From NCBI GenBank assembly GCA_965223665.1, contig OZ245011.1:192001-256000 (forward strand): a DNA stretch of 64,000 nt, in the 5' to 3' direction. Shown here in pieces: positions 10,436 to 22,325 of this stretch. Numbering within the stretch: position 1 is the stretch's first letter; each line of letters opens with the position of its first letter. A program made the translations under genes and the position numbers. The stretch comes from Nitrospinaceae bacterium (GTDB taxonomy: Bacteria > Nitrospinota > Nitrospinia > Nitrospinales > Nitrospinaceae). Below the pieces are notes generated by a model that did not search any database, had not been told where the DNA came from, and saw only the letters and a program-made list of their open reading frames with translations.

Positions 10436-10614
10436 TTATCTTCTCCAAAAAATCCCCTGTTACTATTTTTGATAACTATGGTCACTTTTTCATACAAAAA
10501 TCTCTTAGTCCCTTTTTCTCAACACAGTTCAATTGGTCGAAAACAGTTGTTTAGAAAATTTATATGACTGATTTATCCTTCTTTCCCTAGAGCAATTTCC
10601 CAAAAATAAGGAAT

Positions 10615-10630
10615 TGGCATTAAATATGCT
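10615..10630 (+). promoter_or_regulatory. Candidate sigma54 promoter
   Basis: TGGCATTAAATATGCT, correct GG-N10-GC spacing. Confidence 0.4.
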
Positions 10631-11008
10631 GTTTCGGATACTAGATATAAGTATTGGAATTTATTTGGTTCCAATTGCTTTGCTCCCATTAGAAAAAATA
10701 TATTCAGATTTCTTTAAAGAATTTTTTTATAAAAGTTTTATTCAAAAAATTTAATTTTCAAACAATAAAAAAGATTTTGTTTTTCTTAATCTCATTAGGT
10801 CGATAGTTTTGAGAATATTGCAAGGAAAACAGGTTGTATATTACTCAATCCTAAAACAATGGGTTAAGTGAATTGTTGCTGCTTGTGTTCAGTAAGTAAA
10901 GTTTTACCTGAATGCTTTTTTCAATTCCAGACTTTTCTATTTATAAAAGTGTGGATAAATTTTTGAATACTTTGGATTCGTATTTTCATTTTTAAATCGA
11001 GGTCAAGA

Positions 11009-13696
11009 ATGAACCGGTATTTTTCTGGGAATTTTAATAATTTTTTTAAAAAAGTTTTGGTGGTTCTTTTAATCATGTTTGGTTTGGTCACCATTTTTAG
11101 CAGTTCATTGTTAGCCAAACCTAAATCAAAGGCGCCGAATTTATTTTTTGACCCACCCGCAAGCGATGTCCCATCAAAAAGTTTTTCAAGGGAAGGAATT
11201 AAGAAGAGTAGAGCTGCTCTTAGGACCAGAAATGTAGATATAAAAATAAATTTAAGAAAATATAAACGAATTCTACTTAATCTTTTCGAGGATATGAATT
11301 TAGAAGCGGAAAAAACTCACGTTCATATGGGGTCAAGGGGGGAAATGACCTGGAGTGGAAAACTTAAAGATGTCGAGTTTGGAACAGTTGATATTACGAA
11401 GTATAAAGGTTCTTGGGCCGGACGAGTGAGTTGGGATGGCCATTTATTTTTATTACGTCCGAGACCTAAAGGTGGAATAACAATTGAAGAAATTGATGCA
11501 GGACTTTTACCCCCTCATAGAGACCCATTAGTTCCTGATATTGATTTTGAGCCGTTAAAAGAAAATGAAAATAATGGAGAAAATAGTCCACCGATTGCTT
11601 TGGACAGTGGCGAAACGATCGACCTCATGGTGGTCTACACTCAGGCTACCCAGGCTATTTATGGAACTAGCGGAATTGAGTCGATGATTATTAATGCAGT
11701 GGATTCTGCAAATACAGCTTATGCCAGAAGCCAAATTACAGCTCGGTTGAGGTTAGTCCATATGGCAGAAATTGATTACACAGAAACCGGTGACATGGGT
11801 GATGCTTTAGATGAAATAACCGATGGAAATATTGCAGGAGTGGATGCTCTGAGAGACCAATACGGTGCTGATATTGTCTCTATGATTGATGAGGATTCCA
11901 ATTATTGCGGTATTGCCTGGGTTATGACACCGGGTTGGTTGTCTAATAGTATGGAAAGATTAGCATTCAATGTCACGTACAGCGGATGTTTGGGCAACCA
12001 TACTATGACTCATGAGATTGGTCATAATGAAGGTTGTGCACATGATCGGGCGAACTCAAGTGTGCCGGGATCGTATCCATACTCCCATGGGCATCGTGAT
12101 ACGGTTACTGGTTTTCGAACTATTATGTCTTATTCTTGTCCTGGAGGAACCTGCCCAAGAATTTCTAACTTTTCGAATCCCAATGTTAGTTTCAGTGGAG
12201 CTCCTACAGGTATTGACCACAATTCTGACCCGGACAATTCTGCTGATAATGCTCTGTCCATGAACAATACTGATCAAATTGTTGCCAATTGGAGGCAAGC
12301 CGTTGAACTCTCTGAACCCGATCCTCCAAGTGCTTTGGCTGCGAATGCCGTTTCAGGGGAACAAATTGATCTTGATTGGATTGATGAATCCGACAACGAG
12401 GATGGATTTTTATTAGAGCGTTCAGAAGATAATTCTAATTGGATTGAAATTGCCAGCTTGACACCAAACTCTACGAGCTACGAAGACTTGGGATTGGAAA
12501 GTGGTTTTACCTATTACTATAGAATCCGTGCGTTCAATGGAGCGGGAAACTCAGAGTTTTCAAATGTAGTGCAAGAAACTACTTTGTCCTCTGGAATAAT
12601 TAATCAAAGTTTTATAAGCAGTAAAGATTCTTATATAGTCCAAACATCTCCAAATCAAAATTTTGGAAATGCTAGTTTTCTTATGGCCGATGGGGTAGCG
12701 TTAGATGCTAATAACGGAAAATATGGGGAAGTTATGGCAGTGTTGTCCTGGGATGTTTCTTCACTTCCCAATAATGCTGTCGTTCAATCTGTTGGTATAA
12801 CTGTAAACATGGAGAATACCAGTTCTGCTGATTACAATTTGTTGGAGGCAAAAGTTCCATGGTCTGAAGGAAATGTTGATTGGAACGATTTTAGTGGTTC
12901 TTCTTCTATAGGGAACTCGGTATTGGGAGTTATCCCTCCATTGGTGTTGGGTGAACAGACATTGAATTTAAATCAAGCAGGGATAAACCTGGTACAGGGT
13001 TGGATCAGTGGAAGTGTCTCTAATCATGGCTTAATTGTCAGGACTAGTGGAACTAATAATGGAATTATTTTTAGTTCAAAAGAGTCTTCAAATCCTAAAC
13101 CGACAATTCATATATCTTATACATCAGGATCTGCTCCCCAAACCGTTACAGTGAACTTTCAAAATAATGGTTCTTATTCCGGGACTCAAGATGCCATCCT
13201 TCGCCAAAGGTCGCCTAGTAGCAACTATTCTAATGATACAGAATTAGTGGCAGATGGAGTGGAACAAGATCCAAGTAATGGGCGATATGGTGAAGTTATG
13301 TCAGTTTTGTCCTGGGATGTTTCTTCGATTCCAAACAATGCGGTGGTCCAATCGGCAAGCATCACTTTTAATATGGTTGATCCAAGTTCGGCAGATTACC
13401 ATTTTTATGAAGCGAAAGTCCCCTGGGCCGAAGGATCTGTAACTTGGGATGATTTTTCAAATACATCTTCCCTGGGTAGTGCAATACTTGGAATTATTCC
13501 ACCTTTGATTTGGAATACTCAGACGTTTAATCTAAACTCCTCAGGGATTAATTTATTGCAGGGTTGGATTGATGGAAGCATCTCGAATAATGGATTAGTG
13601 GTTAGAACCAGTGGAACTAACAATGGAATTATATTTAATTCCAGTGAGGCTTCTTTTGGACAGCCTATTCTTAGTATTACGTATGACCAACCCTGA
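11009..13696 (+). CDS. Secreted M12/reprolysin-like zinc metalloprotease with FN3 domain and two DNRLRE-type modules
   Basis: Signal peptide; IDLMVVYT; HEIGHNEGCAH zinc motif; Met-turn TIMSY; FN3 (W.D.SDNEDGF..ERS, YYYRIRAFN); two C-terminal modules like those of the upstream gene. Confidence 0.88.
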   Translation: MNRYFSGNFNNFFKKVLVVLLIMFGLVTIFSSSLLAKPKSKAPNLFFDPPASDVPSKSFSREGIKKSRAALRTRNVDIKINLRKYKRILLNLFEDMNLEAEKTHVHMGSRGEMTWSGKLKDVEFGTVDITKYKGSWAGRVSWDGHLFLLRPRPKGGITIEEIDAGLLPPHRDPLVPDIDFEPLKENENNGENSPPIALDSGETIDLMVVYTQATQAIYGTSGIESMIINAVDSANTAYARSQITARLRLVHMAEIDYTETGDMGDALDEITDGNIAGVDALRDQYGADIVSMIDEDSNYCGIAWVMTPGWLSNSMERLAFNVTYSGCLGNHTMTHEIGHNEGCAHDRANSSVPGSYPYSHGHRDTVTGFRTIMSYSCPGGTCPRISNFSNPNVSFSGAPTGIDHNSDPDNSADNALSMNNTDQIVANWRQAVELSEPDPPSALAANAVSGEQIDLDWIDESDNEDGFLLERSEDNSNWIEIASLTPNSTSYEDLGLESGFTYYYRIRAFNGAGNSEFSNVVQETTLSSGIINQSFISSKDSYIVQTSPNQNFGNASFLMADGVALDANNGKYGEVMAVLSWDVSSLPNNAVVQSVGITVNMENTSSADYNLLEAKVPWSEGNVDWNDFSGSSSIGNSVLGVIPPLVLGEQTLNLNQAGINLVQGWISGSVSNHGLIVRTSGTNNGIIFSSKESSNPKPTIHISYTSGSAPQTVTVNFQNNGSYSGTQDAILRQRSPSSNYSNDTELVADGVEQDPSNGRYGEVMSVLSWDVSSIPNNAVVQSASITFNMVDPSSADYHFYEAKVPWAEGSVTWDDFSNTSSLGSAILGIIPPLIWNTQTFNLNSSGINLLQGWIDGSISNNGLVVRTSGTNNGIIFNSSEASFGQPILSITYDQP

Positions 13697-13734
13697 ATGG
13701 ATGTGTTTGGCGAAAGTTGAAGTTGGATAGAAGC

Positions 13735-15384
13735 CTAGACTGTAAATTCTTTTTGTCGAGTAGCCCAATCTGCCAGTTGTTCGCGATTGATTTTCGCGTT
13801 GTGGCGGATATCTACAGGGAAAGCGGGGTGAAAAAAGAAGTTTTGGATATGTTCCACAGAAGGGTTTTCTTTCTTTAATAATTCAAGTTCTTCAATGAGC
13901 TTTTTTTTAAATTGCGTATTGTTTATTTTCCTTACCTTTTCTAATTCTATGACAATGGCGGGTATAATTTTTCTATTTTGCTTTAGGCCTATTAAGGCTG
14001 ACCTTTGGACTTCGGGGTGAGTATTAAAAATTGATTCACAAGGGATGGTGAATAAGGTTTTATCGTTTGTGACGACACGGTGACTTTTTCTTCCGCAAAA
14101 CCAAAGTCTCCCTTTTGAATCCAGATATCCCACATCACCCATTCGATGCCAAATTTGATTTCCATTTTTGATTTTAGACAATTGATTAAATCTTTCTAGA
14201 TTGAAGTATTTTTTGGTAGTCCAAGGGGCATGGACAACAACTTCACCAATTTCTCCCTGTGGCAATTCTATTGAACTATTCCATTCTGGAATGGGATTAT
14301 CTGAGATAGAAATTATTTTTAAATCAAGCCCTTCAACGGGTTTACCCACACAAGTTCCTTTTCCAAATTGGGTTTGTTCCCAAGTTTCTGACAATATCAT
14401 TCTATGGTCAATCACGGCAACTGGAAGTGCTTCTGTGGCACCATAAGGTGTGAAAATATTTGCCTCAGGTTCGAGAATTTTTTCTAATTCTTTTAACAAA
14501 GATCCTGGCACCGGAGCGCCCGCTATTAGTATCCTTTTTAAAGGGGTAAGATTTACCTCTTGATCCGAGCAATATTGAGAAATAGTTTTCCATAATGCAG
14601 GTGACCCAAAGCTACTTGTTATGGAAAAGTCTTTTATATGCTTTATAATTTTTTCTGGATTTACTTTTGCCGGCTGAGTGGGATCCATGTCAGGTATAAC
14701 ACTCGTCATTCCTAAAGCAACATTGAAAAGTGCGAAAAGTGGAAAGGTAGGCAAATCAAACTCTCCTGATTGAATATTAAATAAGCGGCGAAGTAACAGA
14801 ACTTGATGATAAAACATCTTATGGTTATATATGACTCCTTTGGGAGGTCCAGTGCTTCCACTTGTAAATAATATTGCGGCTGGATCTTCAGGTTTAACCT
14901 CTTGTGACTGAAAAGTAGAGCTTCCATTTGTCTCAACCTGATCCAATTTTGGCCCTCCCCAGAACCAACGCCTACCTGCAGTAATGAAATTCTGAATGGA
15001 TTTAAATGCTGCAGGATAAAGAAACTTGAATGCATGTGCTAAAGGAACCGCAATCATTGTTTGAGGTTTAACGTTGGTAATGCATTTCAGTATGTTTTTT
15101 TTTCCAAGACCGGGGTCTATTAATACTGGAATTGCTCCAATTTTAAATAACGCAAAAGTTGTCGCAATAAATTCTATTCCAGAGGGTATCATTAAAAGTA
15201 CATGCTGATTTTTCTTGACCCCGCTTTTTATCAGACCGGATGCTAATAAATTTGATTTTTTATTGAGATCCTCATAGGTGATTTGTTCACAAGAATTATT
15301 TCGGGGAACGATGATAGCGGGATTATTGTGTATTTCCCCAGCTAGGGTCTCCAATAAAAAGGAAATGTTTTCAGGATTTTTCAT
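13735..15384 (-). CDS. oleC: OleC-like AMP-dependent ligase (beta-lactone synthetase family)
   Basis: FTSGSTGPPKG, DLPTFPLFALF, PDMDPT.P, FGSPALW, PYGATEALP, WHRMGD, LWFCGRKSHRV, FPVDIRHNAKI. Confidence 0.78.
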   Translation of the reverse strand: MKNPENISFLLETLAGEIHNNPAIIVPRNNSCEQITYEDLNKKSNLLASGLIKSGVKKNQHVLLMIPSGIEFIATTFALFKIGAIPVLIDPGLGKKNILKCITNVKPQTMIAVPLAHAFKFLYPAAFKSIQNFITAGRRWFWGGPKLDQVETNGSSTFQSQEVKPEDPAAILFTSGSTGPPKGVIYNHKMFYHQVLLLRRLFNIQSGEFDLPTFPLFALFNVALGMTSVIPDMDPTQPAKVNPEKIIKHIKDFSITSSFGSPALWKTISQYCSDQEVNLTPLKRILIAGAPVPGSLLKELEKILEPEANIFTPYGATEALPVAVIDHRMILSETWEQTQFGKGTCVGKPVEGLDLKIISISDNPIPEWNSSIELPQGEIGEVVVHAPWTTKKYFNLERFNQLSKIKNGNQIWHRMGDVGYLDSKGRLWFCGRKSHRVVTNDKTLFTIPCESIFNTHPEVQRSALIGLKQNRKIIPAIVIELEKVRKINNTQFKKKLIEELELLKKENPSVEHIQNFFFHPAFPVDIRHNAKINREQLADWATRQKEFTV

Positions 15385-15408
15385 TCAAAGATTTTCTGGA
15401 GGTAAGTA

Positions 15409-16158
15409 TCATATACCCAAAGCGGTTTTGGCTAATTGTAATGTGACTTTTTTCTTTTGTTTAAAAGATTCTTCATTTAAACGGATAACTGAATTTTTTA
15501 TGGTGGAATAGTCACGCGGAATTCTATTTAAAAGGAAAGTGATTACTTTATCTGGGATTCCTAATCCAACATCATTACCCAGTTTTTTTATTATTTGATG
15601 GGTGGTTTGGTCATCCATTGGATATAGTTCTACCGTCATTCCCCAAAGAAAACGTGAAACAAGAAAGCTTTCAATATCTTTTAATTGATTTGGAGATTTG
15701 CGGCCAGTAAAGACGATTACCTTTTCATGGTCTCTAAGAAAATTGTATAAAGTGTAAAGCTTTTCTTGAGCCAGGGTATGACCTGCAATTAAATCCACAT
15801 CATCCAATAAAAAATAGTCTACCGATTGAAGTTGTAAAAGGGTTTGATTGGCGGTTTCATTTTTATCCTGTTCCATGGATTGAATGAAATCAGGGCAATG
15901 CATATATAAAGTTTTTACATGGGGAAATTGCTCAGCAAGATAATTACCCATAGAAATAAGCAAATGTGTTTTGCCTTGACCTTTATTACCGCTGATGTAG
16001 ATAGACTGGTGTTGCAAACCCTTGTTTGAACAGATTTCTTTGCAAGTCCTTAGAGTCAATTCAGACTGCGTGGAAGTGAAAAAGTTTTCAAAGCGATACT
16101 CAGGTTTGGCTGGAAAGTTGAGGAGAAGTTGATCTTTAATAGGTGATGACTGTTGCAT
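15409..16158 (-). CDS. hda: DnaA regulatory inactivator Hda (DnaA-like AAA+)
   Basis: N-terminal clamp-binding-like QLLLNF, YRFENF, GNKGQGKTHLL, LLDDV, LVSRFLWG; no DnaA DNA-binding domain. Confidence 0.82.
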   Translation of the reverse strand: MQQSSPIKDQLLLNFPAKPEYRFENFFTSTQSELTLRTCKEICSNKGLQHQSIYISGNKGQGKTHLLISMGNYLAEQFPHVKTLYMHCPDFIQSMEQDKNETANQTLLQLQSVDYFLLDDVDLIAGHTLAQEKLYTLYNFLRDHEKVIVFTGRKSPNQLKDIESFLVSRFLWGMTVELYPMDDQTTHQIIKKLGNDVGLGIPDKVITFLLNRIPRDYSTIKNSVIRLNEESFKQKKKVTLQLAKTALGI

Positions 16159-16184
16159 GAGGATTTAATTTTAAAAAATTAATG

Positions 16185-16211
16185 GGCGCTCTCAAAAAAA
16201 GTGAGAGCGCC
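16185..16211 (-). terminator. Stem-loop / probable terminator
   Basis: GGCGCTCTCA-N7-TGAGAGCGCC perfect 10-bp stem between the lipoprotein gene and hda. Confidence 0.6.
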
Positions 16212-16243
16212 TAAATAATAAACCTGGAAACAGGGTTGAATCT

Positions 16244-16687
16244 CTATTTAGGGCCTACCTGAACTTCCGCCCTGGTTTTAGCAAATGAGTGAGAAACAAT
16301 AACCGTACATAGTTCCTTTTGATTTTCATATAACATTACAGTTCCATCATGTTCAATAATCCTTATTAACTTCCAACCTTTTGCCAGCATCTCACTTCTA
16401 TAAAACTCAACCAAATCTTCAGAGGAACTTTTAACATAAAAATATAAACGCCCAACTTTTACGTTTCCCGACCCAGATTCGTATATAAATGTTCGGTCTC
16501 TATCTAGAGAATAATTTTTTGGAATAGGAATGTTGGAAAATTGTATGGCAAGAGGTGGTGGAGTTTGGTTGCTTATTGCGGAGGGCTGAGTTTGGGTTCG
16601 TTTTCTTTTTGAGCAACCCCATAAAACTAATGAAGTTATTAATATTAGGATGAAAAATAATTTTTGTTTTCGATTTAAAATAATCAT
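16244..16687 (-). CDS. Hypothetical lipoprotein
   Basis: Basic plus hydrophobic N-terminus with LWGC lipobox; F.NIPIP, FY..EM...GW pattern. Confidence 0.7.
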   Translation of the reverse strand: MIILNRKQKLFFILILITSLVLWGCSKRKRTQTQPSAISNQTPPPLAIQFSNIPIPKNYSLDRDRTFIYESGSGNVKVGRLYFYVKSSSEDLVEFYRSEMLAKGWKLIRIIEHDGTVMLYENQKELCTVIVSHSFAKTRAEVQVGPK

Positions 16688-16691
16688 AGTT

Positions 16692-16880
16692 CTACATCGC
16701 CCTCCCAAAGTATACAACAATTAATCCAATGATCATTAAAAAGAATCCAATAAGCCGTATCGTTCCGGCTTCAAATTCCAAAAGTTTTTTAGCAAATTCT
16801 TTTACATGGTTTGGGGAACAAAAATAAGGAATTCCCTCAAAAACCATCATTAAACCTAAAGCAGTAAGAAAGAAACTCAT
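16692..16880 (-). CDS. DUF2065-family small membrane protein
   Basis: ALGLMMVFEGIPYF..P ... IRLIG. Confidence 0.8.
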   Translation of the reverse strand: MSFFLTALGLMMVFEGIPYFCSPNHVKEFAKKLLEFEAGTIRLIGFFLMIIGLIVVYFGRAM

Positions 16881-17323
16881 ATATTTTTCTAATTATCTGA
16901 TTATTGAAAAATTAACATAAGGTCCACCTCGAAAAAGATCACCTGTTAAAGGAACAATAATCCAGGAAATTATGGTGACATTAATTGAATCGGGTCTGGC
17001 AAATTATGACTCAATCGGTCAAGCGGGGTCAATAAATTTAATAGGTAGAACCCCTTTGAAATATGGGGGTTGTAAATCGGGAAATGAGCATTATATAATA
17101 ATCTTGTTGCATGCTTTCAATCTTGTCAGATTAAGATAATTTTCTCTAATAAGCTGATTTTCAATAAATTTAGGTTTCTAAAGTTTTGAATAGGGGCCAA
17201 TTAGCGGTTAATATTTCTTTTGGCTGATTAATGGTGAATTTTCCTTCTTATAAAAGTTGTTATTAAATTGATAACTAATCTGAAGTTTTGCCTAATGGGT
17301 AAATTTTAATTCGAGGATTTCTA

Positions 17324-18775
17324 ATGATTTTTAAATTTAACAAAGTCTTTCCAACTTTTATTTTCTCTATCCTGTTTTTAGCTTTTGCTATGCATTCCGA
17401 TACTGCTAATGCTTTAAGCAGCCAAAGTGTTCCCTTAGGCAGTAATATTTTTGTGGAAATTGCCAAAAAGCAAAACCCTGCAGTTGTCAACATAAGTATT
17501 AAAGGTAAGAAACCCTCAGCTCCTATGAGATCTCCTCGACGTCCCAATGATAAAAACTTTAAAGATCCATTTCAAGATTTCTATGACCGTTTTTTTGGAG
17601 ACCGAAATCGTAGACCACGACGGGGAATGGGTTCTGGATTCATAATTAATAAAGAAGGTTTGATCCTTACGAACAATCATGTCGTAGAAGGAGCTGATGA
17701 GATTGTTGTTGTAGTGGAAGATGGGGATCATGAGGAAAAAGAATATAATGCAAAAATTATTGGCACTGATTCAAAAACGGATATTGCTTTAATACAAATT
17801 TTAGCGGAACAGAGAGAGCAAAAGGAATTTCCATTTCTTAAACTTGGCAATTCAGATGTTTTAGAGGTTGGTGAATGGGTTGTTGCAATCGGAAATCCTT
17901 TTGGATTAAGTCATACTGTAACTGTAGGGGTGGTCAGTGCAAAAGATCGCTCTATTGGTGCGGGACCTTACGATGAGTATATACAAACGGATGCATCGAT
18001 TAATCCCGGTAATAGCGGGGGTCCATTAATGAATATTAAAGGTGAAGTTATTGGAATAAATACGGCCATTATTTCTGGGAATTCTGGTGGAAATGTAGGT
18101 ATTGGATTTGCGATTCCAATTAATGTGGTCAAAAGTATTCTCAGTCAATTAAAGGATAAAGGAGAAGTGACCCGAGGTTGGCTTGGAGTTATGGTCCAAA
18201 AAATTACTCCCGAGTTGGCAGAATCCTTCAACTTAAGTGGCAAAGATGGAGCCTTGGTTGGAGATGTTATCCCTAATGGGCCTGCAGAAAAATCTGGAAT
18301 TAAATCGGGAGATGTGATTATAAAATTTGATGGTAAAGAAGTTAAAACGATGGAAGTGCTACCTAAAATTGTTGCGGCTACGCCTCCTGGTAAAAAAGTT
18401 CCTGTCGAAGTAATTCGAGATGGAAAAACTCAGGTGGTCGATGTGACATTAGATGTTTTAAAAGATGAAAACTTGAAAGTGGCGGCTGCCAAGGATCCAT
18501 TGGGAATCCAGGTGCAAGAAATTACTGAAGAATTAAGGCAGAGTTTGAATTTGAAAACTAATGAGGGTGTTTTAATTTCTGATGTGGCTCCAGGGGAACC
18601 TGGTGGTGAAGCGGGTCTTCGACGGGGTGATGTGATTGCAGAAATCAAGCGCGAACCTGTTCGAAACCTGGCTGATTATAATAGGCTTATTGGGAATTTA
18701 AAAGCAGGAGATAATGCCCTAATGCTTATTAAACGTGGTGGTACCACCATTTATATTGCAGTTAAGCTTAAATAA
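17324..18775 (+). CDS. HtrA/DegP-DegQ serine protease (two PDZ domains)
   Basis: GSGFI, TNNHVV, DIAL, QTDASINPGNSGGPL, RGWLGV. Confidence 0.95.
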   Translation: MIFKFNKVFPTFIFSILFLAFAMHSDTANALSSQSVPLGSNIFVEIAKKQNPAVVNISIKGKKPSAPMRSPRRPNDKNFKDPFQDFYDRFFGDRNRRPRRGMGSGFIINKEGLILTNNHVVEGADEIVVVVEDGDHEEKEYNAKIIGTDSKTDIALIQILAEQREQKEFPFLKLGNSDVLEVGEWVVAIGNPFGLSHTVTVGVVSAKDRSIGAGPYDEYIQTDASINPGNSGGPLMNIKGEVIGINTAIISGNSGGNVGIGFAIPINVVKSILSQLKDKGEVTRGWLGVMVQKITPELAESFNLSGKDGALVGDVIPNGPAEKSGIKSGDVIIKFDGKEVKTMEVLPKIVAATPPGKKVPVEVIRDGKTQVVDVTLDVLKDENLKVAAAKDPLGIQVQEITEELRQSLNLKTNEGVLISDVAPGEPGGEAGLRRGDVIAEIKREPVRNLADYNRLIGNLKAGDNALMLIKRGGTTIYIAVKLK

Positions 18776-18827
18776 ATTTTAATTTAATAAGGAAATTATC
18801 TTTGACAGGTTTTTCCTAATCATTCAT

Positions 18828-18865
18828 ACGGTGGTCCTTTATATTTAAGGATCACCGTTTTTTTT
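18828..18865 (+). terminator. Intrinsic terminator-like hairpin between the two htrA genes
   Basis: ACGGTGGTCCTT ... AAGGATCACCGT followed by a T run. Confidence 0.65.
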
Positions 18866-18869
18866 CATT

Positions 18870-20258
18870 ATGACTTTTGTAAATAAATCCTTAGTTTGGT
18901 TTTTGACTTTTATCGGATTTTTGGGATTGTCTTTTTACAGTCCGGTAAACTCAAAAGAAAGGTTTTCCCGCCTGACTCCAATAGTAATTGCTGCTCAAAA
19001 AGTCAGTCCTGCTGTAGTTAATATTTTTACCGAAGAAGCTCCGAGAAGTTTTAAGAACCCCTTTAGAGGCTTTTTAGATGATTCTTTAGTTGAAGAGTTT
19101 TTTCGTGATTTTTATCCTCCGTCCTCTTCGGGACGTCGCAGCTTGGGTTCGGGAGTGATAATAAATCCTAAGGGATTCATTTTGACCAATGAACATGTGA
19201 TTACAAAAGCAGTACGTATAAAAGTGACTTTAGGTGATAACCGGGAATATGATGCGAAATTAATCGGTGCTGATATTAAAACAGATTTAGCTGTTATAAA
19301 AATAGATTCACCCAAAAGTTTGCCTTTTGTCAAAGTAGGACGATCGGATGATTTGATGATTGGGGAAACAGTCATTGCTATTGGTAATCCATTTGGACTA
19401 AAACATACAGTGACAACAGGAATTATTAGCGCTTTGGATCGTACCATCCAAGCCGGAAAAGACCGAGTGTATAACGATTTTATTCAGTTAGATGCTTCTA
19501 TCAATCCTGGAAATAGTGGTGGCCCTTTGCTTAATATTAATGGATCGTTAATAGGGATTAACACGGCCATTTACCAAGATGCTGAGGGAATTGGGTTTGC
19601 AATTCCAATTGATAAAGCAAAGCGTATCGTAGATGATCTCATTGAATTCGGAAAAGTTCGCCGAGGCTGGGTAGGAGTTTCTGTGCAAAATATGACTCCT
19701 GATTTGGCGCAGCATTTTGGTTTAGATCAAGTTCGTGGTGTCGTGGTCAACAAGGTTTTTAAAAAAAGTCCGGCTTCTCGTGTGGGTATTGAAAGAGGTG
19801 ATGTTCTTTTAAAAGTAGATAAACACAATTTGCAAAATAAATCTGATTATTTTGAAAAAATTGGTTCTTACCCTGTAAACGATTCTTTTCATTTGGAATA
19901 TTTAAGAAATGGTCGGATCCGAAAGGCACAACTAAAAGTAACTACCATTCCCAAAGATATTGCAGTGGATTTTGCCCGAGATTGGTTAGGTGTAAATATT
20001 AAAACTATAAACAAAAAATTGTCGAAGCATTTTCGTTTAGTTGCTAATAACGGGGTAGTTGTAACCAAAGTGGTCCCCCAAGGGGCCTGTGGTAAAGTGG
20101 GTATACAGCCAGGGGACGTAATTCGGCAAGTTAATCAGCGAACTATCCAAAATGAAATTGAATTTAATCAAGCCATCCTTGAGGCGGGCAAGCGTAGTTC
20201 CGTGGTTTTGTTAGTGCAACGTGGACGATATGGGTATTATGTAACCTTAGAACCTTAA
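18870..20258 (+). CDS. Second HtrA/DegQ serine protease (two PDZ domains)
   Basis: LGSGVI, TNEHV, DLAV, QLDASINPGNSGGPL. Confidence 0.95.
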   Translation: MTFVNKSLVWFLTFIGFLGLSFYSPVNSKERFSRLTPIVIAAQKVSPAVVNIFTEEAPRSFKNPFRGFLDDSLVEEFFRDFYPPSSSGRRSLGSGVIINPKGFILTNEHVITKAVRIKVTLGDNREYDAKLIGADIKTDLAVIKIDSPKSLPFVKVGRSDDLMIGETVIAIGNPFGLKHTVTTGIISALDRTIQAGKDRVYNDFIQLDASINPGNSGGPLLNINGSLIGINTAIYQDAEGIGFAIPIDKAKRIVDDLIEFGKVRRGWVGVSVQNMTPDLAQHFGLDQVRGVVVNKVFKKSPASRVGIERGDVLLKVDKHNLQNKSDYFEKIGSYPVNDSFHLEYLRNGRIRKAQLKVTTIPKDIAVDFARDWLGVNIKTINKKLSKHFRLVANNGVVVTKVVPQGACGKVGIQPGDVIRQVNQRTIQNEIEFNQAILEAGKRSSVVLLVQRGRYGYYVTLEP

Positions 20259-22295
<2,037 letters not shown>

Positions 22296-22325
22296 TTTGA
22301 AAATAATCCTTTTGTGTATTACCTG

